Below are positions 12,534-22,631 of a DNA stretch of 36,557 bases, piece after piece. The notes below the pieces were generated by a model that was not told the DNA's origin, did no database searches, and saw nothing but the letters and a program-made list of their open reading frames with translations. This stretch comes from a virus. The number at the start of each line of letters is the position of its first letter. Within the stretch, counting starts at the first letter, position 1. The position numbers were made by a program, and so were the translations under genes. Location: the IMG/VR virus record IMGVR_UViG_3300045988_075937; one strand, written 5' to 3'.

Positions 12534-15500
12534 TTACCTCACTGCCGCATATGGGTCCGGTTTCGGTCCTTCCTCCGCTTTCTTTTCTGCCTCCTCCACC
12601 CACTGGGCAAAGTTTTTCTCCGTGTACAGCTCTTCTCCGTCTGCGTCCTTGAGCGCCAACAGCATTTTTTCCATCTGCTGCCGGTCTGCATCGCTTCCCG
12701 CAAGGTACTCCGGCTTTGCTGTCTCGGTGATCTTGCTTTTAAGTGTCGTCGCGCTCTTGCCCGCCTTCGCCAGCCTGTCATATTCTTCCTGCACAGCACC
12801 TGCATCCCAGCTGTCCACCGCTTCCACAAGGTCGTCCGTCACGCTGGCGTTATCGCCCTTCAGCTGCTTTTCGGCCAGCTGGTTTACCGCACCGGTCACG
12901 CAGTCCACCACATCCCCGCGCTTTCCCTTCGGCAGGCCCAGCACTTCGCTCAGCTGTTCGATCATCTCGTTTTCCAGCTCGTACCGCTTCTGGTCGTTTC
13001 CTGCATTCTGCTCTTCAGCAGCCTGCCGCACCCGCACGTCGTACTTTACAAGGCGGCTCTTCAGCTGGCTGTACATTTTGTTTTCCGCAATGGTTCCCGC
13101 TTCCACCATAGCGTTCAGCTTCTCCACTGCGGCCTTTGCTTCGTCGCTGTCGCCGCCGGCATAGGCGTTGTACAGCCGGTCATACTGGCCGGTGGCGCTT
13201 TGGGGCACAGAATTAAAGCTGAACTGTCCTCCGTGCGCAAGATTTTCAAGGTCACCATAGTAGCCCTTTACCGCTTCTACAATCTTCCGTCCATTGCCGT
13301 AGGGTACACCCGCCACTTCAAAGCTGTCCTCCAGCAGCGTCATGCTGCGCTGCATCAGCTTATTGTGGTGCTTTTGCAGCTGTTCTTCGTCCATTTCACT
13401 GGTGTCTTTCCGGAACTCCGCAAAAAACTTCTGCACATCTCCGGCCAGATCATTCACCACGCTGATGCTTGCTGCACTCAGCACGTCGTAATCCTTGCCG
13501 TTCACAGCATTGTCGATCAGGCTGTATAACTCACTTCCGTACAAAAAGTTTCCCGCAAAACTTTCTGTGTACAGGCTTGCAAACCGTTTCCACATGCTCT
13601 TCACGGTCACATCGCCGTTTTCGTCCTGCTCCCGGTCCCACCGGTGCAAAAGGAAATCTGCGCCGATCTTCATGATCGCAAATACTGCTGTCTGTACCGT
13701 CTGGCTCACAATGGCCCGGTTCCGCTGCTGTGTTGCCCGCTGCAGTTCTGCTTTGTTCTCATCGCTCTGGTTCTGCCGGTAGCGCTCCGCCTGTGCTTTG
13801 TAATCTCCTATGGCATCTGCCAGAATGCCGTAGTTCTGGAAACGCTGGGTGGTAAACATGGTCAGCTGCTTCAGCAGTTCATTGGGGTTACGCTGAATGC
13901 CCGCCCGCTGCATCACGGTGTAGTTGGGCTGTGTTTGCTCGATCACCTTCTGATAGGTGCGGTTCACCGCTTCCCAGTAGGCCGGGCTGCCTGTCACCTC
14001 CGCGCCTTCAAACTCGGCCGTGTGATTCTGCACGTATCGCTTGCTGCCTTCCCATAGCGCCGCCACCGTCACTTCGTCCATCCCGTTGATCCAGCCGGTC
14101 AGCCAGTTCGGCAGCTTGTCCATGCCCTTTTCGGCAAGGGTTTCCCGGTTTCCAATGCTGGCAAGCTCGCCGTTCTGGCTGCCGCGCTTGCGCCAGTCCA
14201 GCAGCACGTCTCCGTGCTCTTTGATCTCCGTTTCCAGCGCTGTCCGCGCCTTGGGCGAAAGATTCTTCACAAACGGCACCACTGCCGCCATGGTGTCGCC
14301 GCCCAGCACCGCAGCCGCCGTCGGCAGGCTTGCCGCCTGCGCAATGGCAACACCCGGGTTCAACGTCAGCACCGCGCCTGCATAGTTTCCGCGCAGGTTT
14401 CCCAATACTTTGTTAAAGGTGCTGGGCCGCTTGCGCTGGGTAGTCTGCAGGTCGGTCAGCAGGTCATCGATGTAGCTCACCGCATCTTTGCCCCACTGTT
14501 CCTTGATGATGCCGTTCTTCAGGTTTTCAAGGCCTTCCCGCGTCTCCACGCCGCTGTTCAGGATCTTCTGCACGTCCCGGATAGGTGCCGCAAGCCCTGC
14601 ATACGCTGCCGTATCCCGCAGGCTGCGCTGCACTACGTTCGCGCATTCTTCCAGCAAAATGGGCTGTCCACTCTTCACGCGGTTCTTCAGGAAACCGCGT
14701 CCCTCAATGGTGGCATCCAGATTCAGGCCGTCGATCTGGGTCGCCAGCACCGATTTATCCACCGCAATGGGGTAGTAGTTTTTCACGGTTGCCCGCTGGT
14801 AGCCCACCAGTTGCAGGCTCGTCTCGTTGATGAGCTTTGTGGTGTAGTTGTCGAAGAACTCCTTCATGTCCGCGCACCATGCCCTGTCATAGTCGGTCAT
14901 GGCCGCTTCCACCGTCTGCAGGATGCTGTCCGCTGTCGGGGTCCCGTCCGCATCCGTCAGCATTCCCAGATGTACGGTCTGTCCCTTCTGGTAAGCCTGC
15001 TCGATGTCGCCCTTGTTGTACAGCTTTGCATCCGGGATCACAAGTCCGCCGTTCATCAGGTGGTTCAGGCTGTCGGTGTTGTGCAGGTGCATGTACAAAC
15101 TGCACAGCTGTGCATGGGTCAGTTCGGCTTTCTTTCCCTTCACATCGGTCAGGCCCACGTCCACAAGGTCTGCGCCCGGGCCTGCAAAGTTCTGCATCTC
15201 CTTCACATGCTCTTTTCCGGTCACGTTGGCAAACAGCTTTTCGCCTTCCACGGTGATCTTCGTCTGCCGGTACTGGCCGTCGTTCAGCATGTTCGCCATC
15301 TTTTCCATCTGGCCGTTCTTCGCGTAGCCGCCCAGCATACGGAACACCCGCTCCGCGCCCAGCATGTCCAGCTGATACTTTGTCAGCAGATTGTGCATGC
15401 CGTCCAGCTTTCCGCCGGGGTGGTTGCCCTTGCTGGCATTCACCTCGCTGGCTGCGCCTTCTGCGATTGCGCTCACTTCCTCGGCCTTTGCAAGGCTCAC

Positions 15501-18500
15501 CGTCTTGTTTGCATTGCGGATCACATGCAGCGTCGAGCTGGTAATAGCCTTCAGCATCCGCATCTGATCCACCGTCATGGGCAGATAGGTGCGGTTCTCC
15601 GTCTCCCGGATGCGTTTGCGCAGCCGTTCCTGCAGTGCCCATGCTTTCTCGCTGTCCGGTAAAGCTTCTGCCTCGGCCAGCTGTTCGTGCAGTTTGGTCA
15701 GCTTTGCATCCTTCGTTGCCTGCAGGTCGTCCCGCAGCGTCTGGATCAGGGTATCCACGCCGGTCTGCTTCCATTCTTCGGTCATGGCGTTGGGGCTGCT
15801 CTCGCTGCCCGCGCTTTGCCGGATCCGATCCTGCAGCCTCGTCAGCTGGTTCACGGCCCGTTCGTTCAGAATGGTCATGTCCGCCAGCTTTGCCACCTGT
15901 GCTGCCGCATCGATCAGCCCCGGCTGCACATACTTGTCCTTGCTTGGCCGCAGCAGCATCTGGTTCAGCTGTGCCGCGTTCTGCCGGATGCTGCGTTTCA
16001 GCTCATCCATCTTCCGTGCATCCCGCGCCCGCTGCACTCGCTTTTCCGCTACTGTCTTCGCAACGGCAATGTCTTCGTCCCGCTGCTGCCGGGCTGTTTC
16101 AATGGCAAGGGCATTCCGCTGCGCCTGTTTCTGCTCCCATGCGGCCCGCTTGCGTTCGTTGTCTGCCTCCCATTCCATGATCTCATTTTCCTGCACGATC
16201 AGGCTGTATTCCGCCTTGTCCGCGCGCCGCTGCTCCTGCCGCAGCTGCCACGCCAGTTCGTTTTTCTCGCTGCGCAGTTTCTGCATTTCCAGCTTTGCCT
16301 CGTCCAGCATTTCCTGCCGTTCGGCCTTCAGGCGTTTCACTTCCTGCTTCATTTCCCGTTCATAGCTTTCCCGCAGCACCGTCAGCTTTTCGTTCAGGTT
16401 GCCCACATTGGAAACATCCACACCAAAAGTTTCAAGGTTCTGGTCCAGCATCTTTTCCGCTCTTGCGTTCTGCCGCTGCAGTTCGGTCATCTGCTGTACT
16501 TCGGCGTTCCGGTCTGCAGTGCGCCGGTTTTCCTGCATTCTGCGGCCAAACTCCCGCTGCTGTGCTTTCTGTACGCCGCGCAGTTCCTTCGTTACCTCTG
16601 CGGCACGTTCTTTGCTGCCTGCTGCGGCTCTTGCCACATCCATATTGTGTCGCTGGATGCCCTCAAAAATAGCCTGTGCGTCGGTCATCTCCGGTGTCGC
16701 CATAATGTCACCGATGATCCTGCCCGCCAGTTCGATCTTTGCATCCTCATACTCTGCATCGTCTGCAAACCGGCTCATCGTCGCAGGCTTGATGGCATCG
16801 TGCAGGTTCATCAGCACATTCAGCCACTCGGTGCTTTCCATGCTCATTGCACCGTCCACACCCGCCTGCTGCGCTGCAGCTTTCCACAATGCCTTTGCGC
16901 CGTCGCTGGTGCCGCCCACAGCGCGGTTGTCGTTGATCACGCTTTCGTACTGCTGTGCCGGGTTTCCGTCCCGCACGCCGTCGACCTGCCGCAGGCTCAC
17001 GCCGTGCTTCCGTGCCTCGGCCACCGCTGCGCTCCAGCTGCCGTAGGCTTTCACCAGTTCTGCCTTTGCCTGTCCGCTTCGGTTCACGGTATATTCCAGC
17101 TTGTGCAGTTCCGGGTATTCGTCCCACAGCTCACTGTTGCGGTAAACTGCCCCGTCCAGAATTTCTCCCGCCAGCGTTTCGGCCAGCGCATTGGCTTTTT
17201 CCATGTTCGCACCGTCGGCCTTCAGGTAGTCCACCAGTACTTCGGTCTCCCGCGCAAGCTTTGCCCGGTCCACCTTACTGCCGTTCGCCTTTGCCCAGCG
17301 GCTGGCCAGTCCTTCAATGGCCGTCCGGCTCACCTTCACACCCCGTGTCAGCCCAAAGAACTGGCTCAGGGTGTCCAGTGCTGCAGCCTTGTCCGCAATG
17401 GTGCGGCTTGCCATCTGCTGGTCGTTCCGCTTCGCGTCACGGCTGGCCTGCTCTGCCAGCTGATAGCGGAACTTTGCAAGGTCGCTTTCTTGTGCCAGTT
17501 CACCGGTCTGGTAATATTCCCGGATCTCCCGCACTACGCGGTCAGCATCCACACGTCCGCTGTATTCCTTGCCGGCTGCCACCCGACCATCTGCTGTGGA
17601 GATGTCCAGTGTGAACTGCCGTTTCTCGCCGCCCAGCTCCTGCACCATTCGCCAGATCTGTTCCAGCTGCTGCGTGGTGGGTGCTGTGTCTGCCGAGAGA
17701 TCCACTCCCGGTGCTTCAGCCATCACGCGCACATTGCCGTCCAGCAGAAATTCGTTCAGCGTTTCCGTTCCATTTTTCACCTCTGCCGAACCGAACACGC
17801 TCATGATCTCCCGGTGATCGGTATCTCGGGTTCGGTCATTCTGGGCAAAGTCCAGCATCTGGCCGTCCGGCAGAATGTACCCGGCTCGTCTGAAGTCCTC
17901 TGTCGTGCCAAACCGTTCTTTTGCCAGTACGCGGCGGTATTCTGCCTTTCCGCCGTGGGCTTCGGCCTTGGCATCATATACCGCCTGTTCTGCTTTGCCT
18001 TTTTTTGCGTTCTGCTGCTGCATCCGGGCACCGGCCTCTTTGATCCGGCCGTTCAGCACAGCGCTCTGGTCTTCCAGCTGCGCCATACGGGCATTGTAGT
18101 CTTTGCGCTTTGCAAGATAATTCTGGTATTCTTCGCTGTCCCGGTAGGCTTTTGCTTCTGCAGAAAAAATCCCCAGTGCCTTCTTCTTCGCCTCGATCTC
18201 TTTCACGGCGTCGCTTCCCAGCCAGGCACTGCGTTCTTCCTTCAGCTCCCGCCGCTGCTCGTCCAGCCGCTGCTGTTCGTCGCGCAGCTTCGTCAGCTCG
18301 TCTGCCTCGCTCAACTGATACCGTACATTTTTCTTCAGCGTCCCGTCATTTCCCTTGTTTTCAGCGGCTTCCTGTGCTATACTCTGGTTAGAGATCTTCG
18401 ACCCGCTGCTCCCCGAATCTTCGGATTCCATGTGGGCTTTGCCGAAGGTCTCCGTAAAGCTCTCCGGCAATCTACTCCTTGAATCTTCGGATTCTACGTG

Positions 18501-21500
18501 GGTACCACCGGAGGGCTTTATTTTTGTTTCTTTGATGTTAACAATATCATAAAAAATCTCCCGTGTATCCGGTTTGATGGCTGTCAGCACATCTGCCTCA
18601 TACGCGTTTTCGCCCACGCGGATTTTAATTCTTCCGCGGTTGAAGGCTTCCGCATTTTTGTGATTTGCGGGCTCGCGGTACACCTCATCCGCAGTTGCAA
18701 TGATTTCATCAAGATTGGCAGCCATGCGCATCTTGTCCGCATACGCTGTGGCATTTTCCCACTGTAATGCCTTTGAATACTTCGACCAGACAAACTCATT
18801 GCGTCCATCTTTGCTGTTCAGAATTGTCCAGCCGTTTCTTACAAAGCCATCCGGGAAACGTTCTCTGATTGCCTGCTTGACTACCGATTTCCAGTTTTCC
18901 TGCGGGATTCCTTTCAGAATATCCTCGTCGATCTGAATGTAAGTTTCTCCCTCGGCATCTTTCTTGATTTCAAACCTTGTCCCTTCCGCCGCGCCCTTGT
19001 TCTCAAGGGCTGCGGCGTTTTCTTTTGCGGCGCGCAGGCTGTCCATAGCCCTCTCCGCGTGGGCAAAGTATTCGTCCTGCAGCACCCGCTTTTCTGCCGC
19101 CGCAAGGCGCTGTGCTTTCAGGGCGGCTTTGTTCTCCGGGTCTCTTGCCAGCACTTCCTTTGCGCGGCTCACGATGTCGCTCAAAAGCTCCTTCACCTTG
19201 GTCATCACCTTGTGGATGCCGCCTGCCTTGCCTGCGTTCTTTTCAGCCTGCCCGCGCTGGAACTCCACCCAGCGCTTAAAGCTTGCTTCATCGCTGAAGA
19301 TTCCGCGCCATGCGTCCGCCACAAGTTCTTCTGCAGCTTCCTCGTAGCTCAGCCCCTGCTGTGCATAGTCGGAAAGCTTCCCCCGGATCATCTCGTCAAT
19401 GCCTTCAAATCCCTCGCTCTTTGCCAGAAATTCCAGTGCATGCTGCTGCAGTGCCTGCGCACCCTCTGCATCCAGTGAGTTGTACCAGTGGTAGTCCTCG
19501 TGCAGGATTGTGCCAAACACATCCTCTGCCCGGTCGTTGAAGAAAATGCGCGCCGTCTCGGTGTCCACATAAGCCCTCACCCGGTCGCTGCCTTGCAGCA
19601 CCGTTTTCAGCACCGCATCCGTGTTCGTGGCCTTCGCATTCAGTTCGATCAGCTGCGTGCCCACCTCGTTTGCCGTGCGCATCGTTCCCTTATACAACAC
19701 CCGGCCGCTGCCGCTGGTGCTTTCCGCCGTCAGCCTTCCGCCAAGGCTTGCGCGCTGCATGTTTCCGGCTTCCAGTTCCCCGTGTCCCTGCAGCCATGCC
19801 AGCTGCAGCGCTTCCCGTCCGCCGTCCTGTGCCAGCACGTAATCGGTGTTCACAGCAAGGCCGCTCATGCCCTGCGCCAGCTCCATAGCCTTGTCAAAGG
19901 TGGTCACATCTTCCATCTGTCCCAGCCGGTACAGGCTGCTGGCCGCAGCCGCATACCGCCCGGCATCTCCAATTTCTGTCGGCATGTTCCTGCTGATGGT
20001 CGCACTTGCCCCATCTGATACCTGCCATCGGGTCAGCTCCTGCTGCACCTCCCGCTGCTTTGCGGTCAGGCTCTGCTGTTCAAGGCCGTAGGTTTCCCGC
20101 ATCCCGCCAGACTGTTCCGCCGGGCTGCTTTCCACCCTTTCCCCGGTGTTCTCCACGGCAGCTCCGCTCTGGCCCAGCTCACTTTCCGTCTGTGCCTGCC
20201 GCGCAGATCTGTCAGCTTCCATTTTTTCTACAATTGCGGCCGTTTTTTGTGCTTCAACCGTCGCATTTTCGGTAGCTGCGGCCGGAGCCTGTGCTGCCCG
20301 CTGCTGTGTTGTCATTTCCCGCAATACCTGCCGGGTCTTTGCTGCCGTTTCCGGCAGCTCAATACCGTATTCTTCCGCAAAGGCAGCGCGGTTCGCTTCA
20401 TTGGCCGCATTCGGTGTAAATAGGTTGATGGTCTTGCTCGTAAGCTGCCCATCCTGCACAGCTGCGGCAAGCTGCTGCACAGCCGGGTTTTCGCTCTGTA
20501 CCATCGGCGCAGTATCCTGCATGGTCGCAAATCCGCTTGCCGCCCCCATCACTTCCGGCTGCACCGTTTCCTGCGTAGCAGCCGTAGGTTGTCGGGTGTC
20601 TGCTGCAGCTTCTTCCGGTGTCTGCTGCATCGCCATTCCCGGCTCCTGTGCCCGCACTTCGTCCTGCAATGCCTGCCGTACCTGTTCCACCTGTCCTTCG
20701 TAGTATGCCCGCTTCACGTTGCCCACAAGGCTGGCATCGCCGCCATTCATCTTCGCAAGCCCTGTGCCCACAGCACCGCCCAGGGCACCGGATGCACCGC
20801 CCGTCAGGCCGCTTTCCAGTGCGGTCAGAAAGGTGTCGCTTTTAAACAGGTCTGCCGCCGCTTCGCTGTCGCCCAGTGCTACATCAATGGCCTTGTCCGC
20901 ATAGGTCTCCACAAAGGCCTGCATGGCATTGTCCACGCCGCCGGAGATGGCATTTGCCACCGCCGGGTACTGCTGCGCAATCGCCCCGTCCGCCGCCACG
21001 CTGCGCACCATGTCCGCCAGTTTGCCCGCCAGTGTATCCTTTGCGTAGTCTGCGCCCATGGTCTTTGCAAGGTCAGCCGCACCTACGCTGTTAATGGCCC
21101 AGCCCGCGCCAAATTTTGCAAGGCCCCCGGCCAGCGTCTTGCCTGCACTTTCGCCCTTTTCAATGCTCTGGCCCATAGCCTCCGCACCGCCCTGCGCACT
21201 CAACACCGGCAGCACCCATGCCGGGTCAATGGCCGCCACCGCAAGGTTCTCGCCCGCACTGCTCGCAATGCCCAGTGCCTGCTTTGCAATGGGGCTAAGG
21301 CCCGCCTGTGCAGCTGCGGTCAGATCCTGTCCGCGCTTGTACAGCTGATAGCCAAAGCTCTTCTCCGGGTCTACGCTGTCATGCACTTCCGTTCCGGCAA
21401 TGCGCGCCCGCATGTTGTTGATCTCCTGCTGCGTGTAACCTTTTTCAATCAGCTCTGCATCCGTGTAGGCATCGCTCTGCGTTGTTTGTGCCGCCGGAGC

Positions 21501-22616
21501 ACTGGCCATTGCACCGCTGCTCTGTGCCAGCTGCAGCGTGTTGTCCCGCGCTGCATACCGCGTCTTTCCGCCGGTCATCAGGCGCAGCAGCTCCTGCTTC
21601 CGGTCGTCGCTCTGTACATCCTGCTGCAGCTGCTTCCAGTTCCCGCTGGTCGCCGCTGCATTCTTTACGCTCTGTACGCCGGTCTCTCCCGCCAGAAAAA
21701 CCGAGGATGCTACCGTGTCCCCAATGCCGCCAATGGTATTGGCCGCACGCCGCTCTGCACGCCGTCCTGCAGGCAGCGCATCAAAGTCGGCAATGTACTG
21801 CCGTGCTTCGCTGATCTCCTTGCGGCTGTATCCCTTTGCCAGCAATTCCGCGTCGGTGTAGTCCCGTCTGCCCACACTCTTTTCCGGTACTGCTGCTCTG
21901 GCTGCAGCACCGCTCACGCTCTGGGGCTGCATGGCGTTGTTTTTCTCGGCATAGCTCTGCCCGCCGGTGCCAATGCGCATCAGCGTCACAAGTTCCCGGT
22001 GCTTCGGGTCAGCGTCCATCCACTGGTTCAGTCGGTCAAAGTCTCTAAGATCGTCCGTCGCCTTCAGGTCTTCCGTGTACTGCTTCACCTTCTGCGCTGT
22101 CTGTGCATACCAGCCTTCGTCTCCGCTGGCAATGCCTGCAATGCGCTGGCGCCCAGTGGGCTGCACCGTTCCCGTTACCTTTGCCGCCGGGGCTGCAGCG
22201 CTCTTCGCGTTCAGCCATTCCGGCTGCGCAGTGCTGCTGCGTGTACCTGTACCGCTGTCGGTCACAATGCTGCTTTTGCCCGGATATGCCTGTGTGCTGC
22301 CCGTTTCCTGCGGCACTGTCAGCTGCAGCTTGTGGCTGCTGTCCATGCCCTTCATCTGCGCCAGCACCCGTGCACCAAGACCCGTGCCGGTGTTCTGCCT
22401 TGCAGCCGCAGCCGGGCTGGCAGCATTCTGTCCACTGTTTTTCGCTTTCCAGCTTTCCCGCGCTTTTGCAATGCGTTCCGGTGTCCACTTTTCCGTAGTG
22501 TTTGCTGTTCCCGCAGCTGTACCGGCGCTCGCCGTCCGGTTTGTGGTGCGGCTGTTGTTTTTCGCTTCCCAACTTTCTCTGTCTTTTTTCAGTCTTTCCG
22601 GTGTCCATTCGCTCAT
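12534..22616 (-). CDS. Giant (3360 aa) multidomain virion protein: putative internal/ejection protein fused to polyvalent effector-like modules (HExxH zincin motif, nuclease-like module, long coiled coils)
   Basis: A single uninterrupted ORF with AAGGAG 10 nt upstream of the ATG. It lies between the internal-protein genes and the tail fibre. HEDYH is at 19488..19502. See findings. Confidence 0.85.
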   Translation of the reverse strand: MSEWTPERLKKDRESWEAKNNSRTTNRTASAGTAAGTANTTEKWTPERIAKARESWKAKNSGQNAASPAAAARQNTGTGLGARVLAQMKGMDSSHKLQLTVPQETGSTQAYPGKSSIVTDSGTGTRSSTAQPEWLNAKSAAAPAAKVTGTVQPTGRQRIAGIASGDEGWYAQTAQKVKQYTEDLKATDDLRDFDRLNQWMDADPKHRELVTLMRIGTGGQSYAEKNNAMQPQSVSGAAARAAVPEKSVGRRDYTDAELLAKGYSRKEISEARQYIADFDALPAGRRAERRAANTIGGIGDTVASSVFLAGETGVQSVKNAAATSGNWKQLQQDVQSDDRKQELLRLMTGGKTRYAARDNTLQLAQSSGAMASAPAAQTTQSDAYTDAELIEKGYTQQEINNMRARIAGTEVHDSVDPEKSFGYQLYKRGQDLTAAAQAGLSPIAKQALGIASSAGENLAVAAIDPAWVLPVLSAQGGAEAMGQSIEKGESAGKTLAGGLAKFGAGWAINSVGAADLAKTMGADYAKDTLAGKLADMVRSVAADGAIAQQYPAVANAISGGVDNAMQAFVETYADKAIDVALGDSEAAADLFKSDTFLTALESGLTGGASGALGGAVGTGLAKMNGGDASLVGNVKRAYYEGQVEQVRQALQDEVRAQEPGMAMQQTPEEAAADTRQPTAATQETVQPEVMGAASGFATMQDTAPMVQSENPAVQQLAAAVQDGQLTSKTINLFTPNAANEANRAAFAEEYGIELPETAAKTRQVLREMTTQQRAAQAPAAATENATVEAQKTAAIVEKMEADRSARQAQTESELGQSGAAVENTGERVESSPAEQSGGMRETYGLEQQSLTAKQREVQQELTRWQVSDGASATISRNMPTEIGDAGRYAAAASSLYRLGQMEDVTTFDKAMELAQGMSGLAVNTDYVLAQDGGREALQLAWLQGHGELEAGNMQRASLGGRLTAESTSGSGRVLYKGTMRTANEVGTQLIELNAKATNTDAVLKTVLQGSDRVRAYVDTETARIFFNDRAEDVFGTILHEDYHWYNSLDAEGAQALQQHALEFLAKSEGFEGIDEMIRGKLSDYAQQGLSYEEAAEELVADAWRGIFSDEASFKRWVEFQRGQAEKNAGKAGGIHKVMTKVKELLSDIVSRAKEVLARDPENKAALKAQRLAAAEKRVLQDEYFAHAERAMDSLRAAKENAAALENKGAAEGTRFEIKKDAEGETYIQIDEDILKGIPQENWKSVVKQAIRERFPDGFVRNGWTILNSKDGRNEFVWSKYSKALQWENATAYADKMRMAANLDEIIATADEVYREPANHKNAEAFNRGRIKIRVGENAYEADVLTAIKPDTREIFYDIVNIKETKIKPSGGTHVESEDSRSRLPESFTETFGKAHMESEDSGSSGSKISNQSIAQEAAENKGNDGTLKKNVRYQLSEADELTKLRDEQQRLDEQRRELKEERSAWLGSDAVKEIEAKKKALGIFSAEAKAYRDSEEYQNYLAKRKDYNARMAQLEDQSAVLNGRIKEAGARMQQQNAKKGKAEQAVYDAKAEAHGGKAEYRRVLAKERFGTTEDFRRAGYILPDGQMLDFAQNDRTRDTDHREIMSVFGSAEVKNGTETLNEFLLDGNVRVMAEAPGVDLSADTAPTTQQLEQIWRMVQELGGEKRQFTLDISTADGRVAAGKEYSGRVDADRVVREIREYYQTGELAQESDLAKFRYQLAEQASRDAKRNDQQMASRTIADKAAALDTLSQFFGLTRGVKVSRTAIEGLASRWAKANGSKVDRAKLARETEVLVDYLKADGANMEKANALAETLAGEILDGAVYRNSELWDEYPELHKLEYTVNRSGQAKAELVKAYGSWSAAVAEARKHGVSLRQVDGVRDGNPAQQYESVINDNRAVGGTSDGAKALWKAAAQQAGVDGAMSMESTEWLNVLMNLHDAIKPATMSRFADDAEYEDAKIELAGRIIGDIMATPEMTDAQAIFEGIQRHNMDVARAAAGSKERAAEVTKELRGVQKAQQREFGRRMQENRRTADRNAEVQQMTELQRQNARAEKMLDQNLETFGVDVSNVGNLNEKLTVLRESYEREMKQEVKRLKAERQEMLDEAKLEMQKLRSEKNELAWQLRQEQRRADKAEYSLIVQENEIMEWEADNERKRAAWEQKQAQRNALAIETARQQRDEDIAVAKTVAEKRVQRARDARKMDELKRSIRQNAAQLNQMLLRPSKDKYVQPGLIDAAAQVAKLADMTILNERAVNQLTRLQDRIRQSAGSESSPNAMTEEWKQTGVDTLIQTLRDDLQATKDAKLTKLHEQLAEAEALPDSEKAWALQERLRKRIRETENRTYLPMTVDQMRMLKAITSSTLHVIRNANKTVSLAKAEEVSAIAEGAASEVNASKGNHPGGKLDGMHNLLTKYQLDMLGAERVFRMLGGYAKNGQMEKMANMLNDGQYRQTKITVEGEKLFANVTGKEHVKEMQNFAGPGADLVDVGLTDVKGKKAELTHAQLCSLYMHLHNTDSLNHLMNGGLVIPDAKLYNKGDIEQAYQKGQTVHLGMLTDADGTPTADSILQTVEAAMTDYDRAWCADMKEFFDNYTTKLINETSLQLVGYQRATVKNYYPIAVDKSVLATQIDGLNLDATIEGRGFLKNRVKSGQPILLEECANVVQRSLRDTAAYAGLAAPIRDVQKILNSGVETREGLENLKNGIIKEQWGKDAVSYIDDLLTDLQTTQRKRPSTFNKVLGNLRGNYAGAVLTLNPGVAIAQAASLPTAAAVLGGDTMAAVVPFVKNLSPKARTALETEIKEHGDVLLDWRKRGSQNGELASIGNRETLAEKGMDKLPNWLTGWINGMDEVTVAALWEGSKRYVQNHTAEFEGAEVTGSPAYWEAVNRTYQKVIEQTQPNYTVMQRAGIQRNPNELLKQLTMFTTQRFQNYGILADAIGDYKAQAERYRQNQSDENKAELQRATQQRNRAIVSQTVQTAVFAIMKIGADFLLHRWDREQDENGDVTVKSMWKRFASLYTESFAGNFLYGSELYSLIDNAVNGKDYDVLSAASISVVNDLAGDVQKFFAEFRKDTSEMDEEQLQKHHNKLMQRSMTLLEDSFEVAGVPYGNGRKIVEAVKGYYGDLENLAHGGQFSFNSVPQSATGQYDRLYNAYAGGDSDEAKAAVEKLNAMVEAGTIAENKMYSQLKSRLVKYDVRVRQAAEEQNAGNDQKRYELENEMIEQLSEVLGLPKGKRGDVVDCVTGAVNQLAEKQLKGDNASVTDDLVEAVDSWDAGAVQEEYDRLAKAGKSATTLKSKITETAKPEYLAGSDADRQQMEKMLLALKDADGEELYTEKNFAQWVEEAEKKAEEGPKPDPYAAVR

Positions 22617-22631
22617 AACTGCCGGTCTCCT

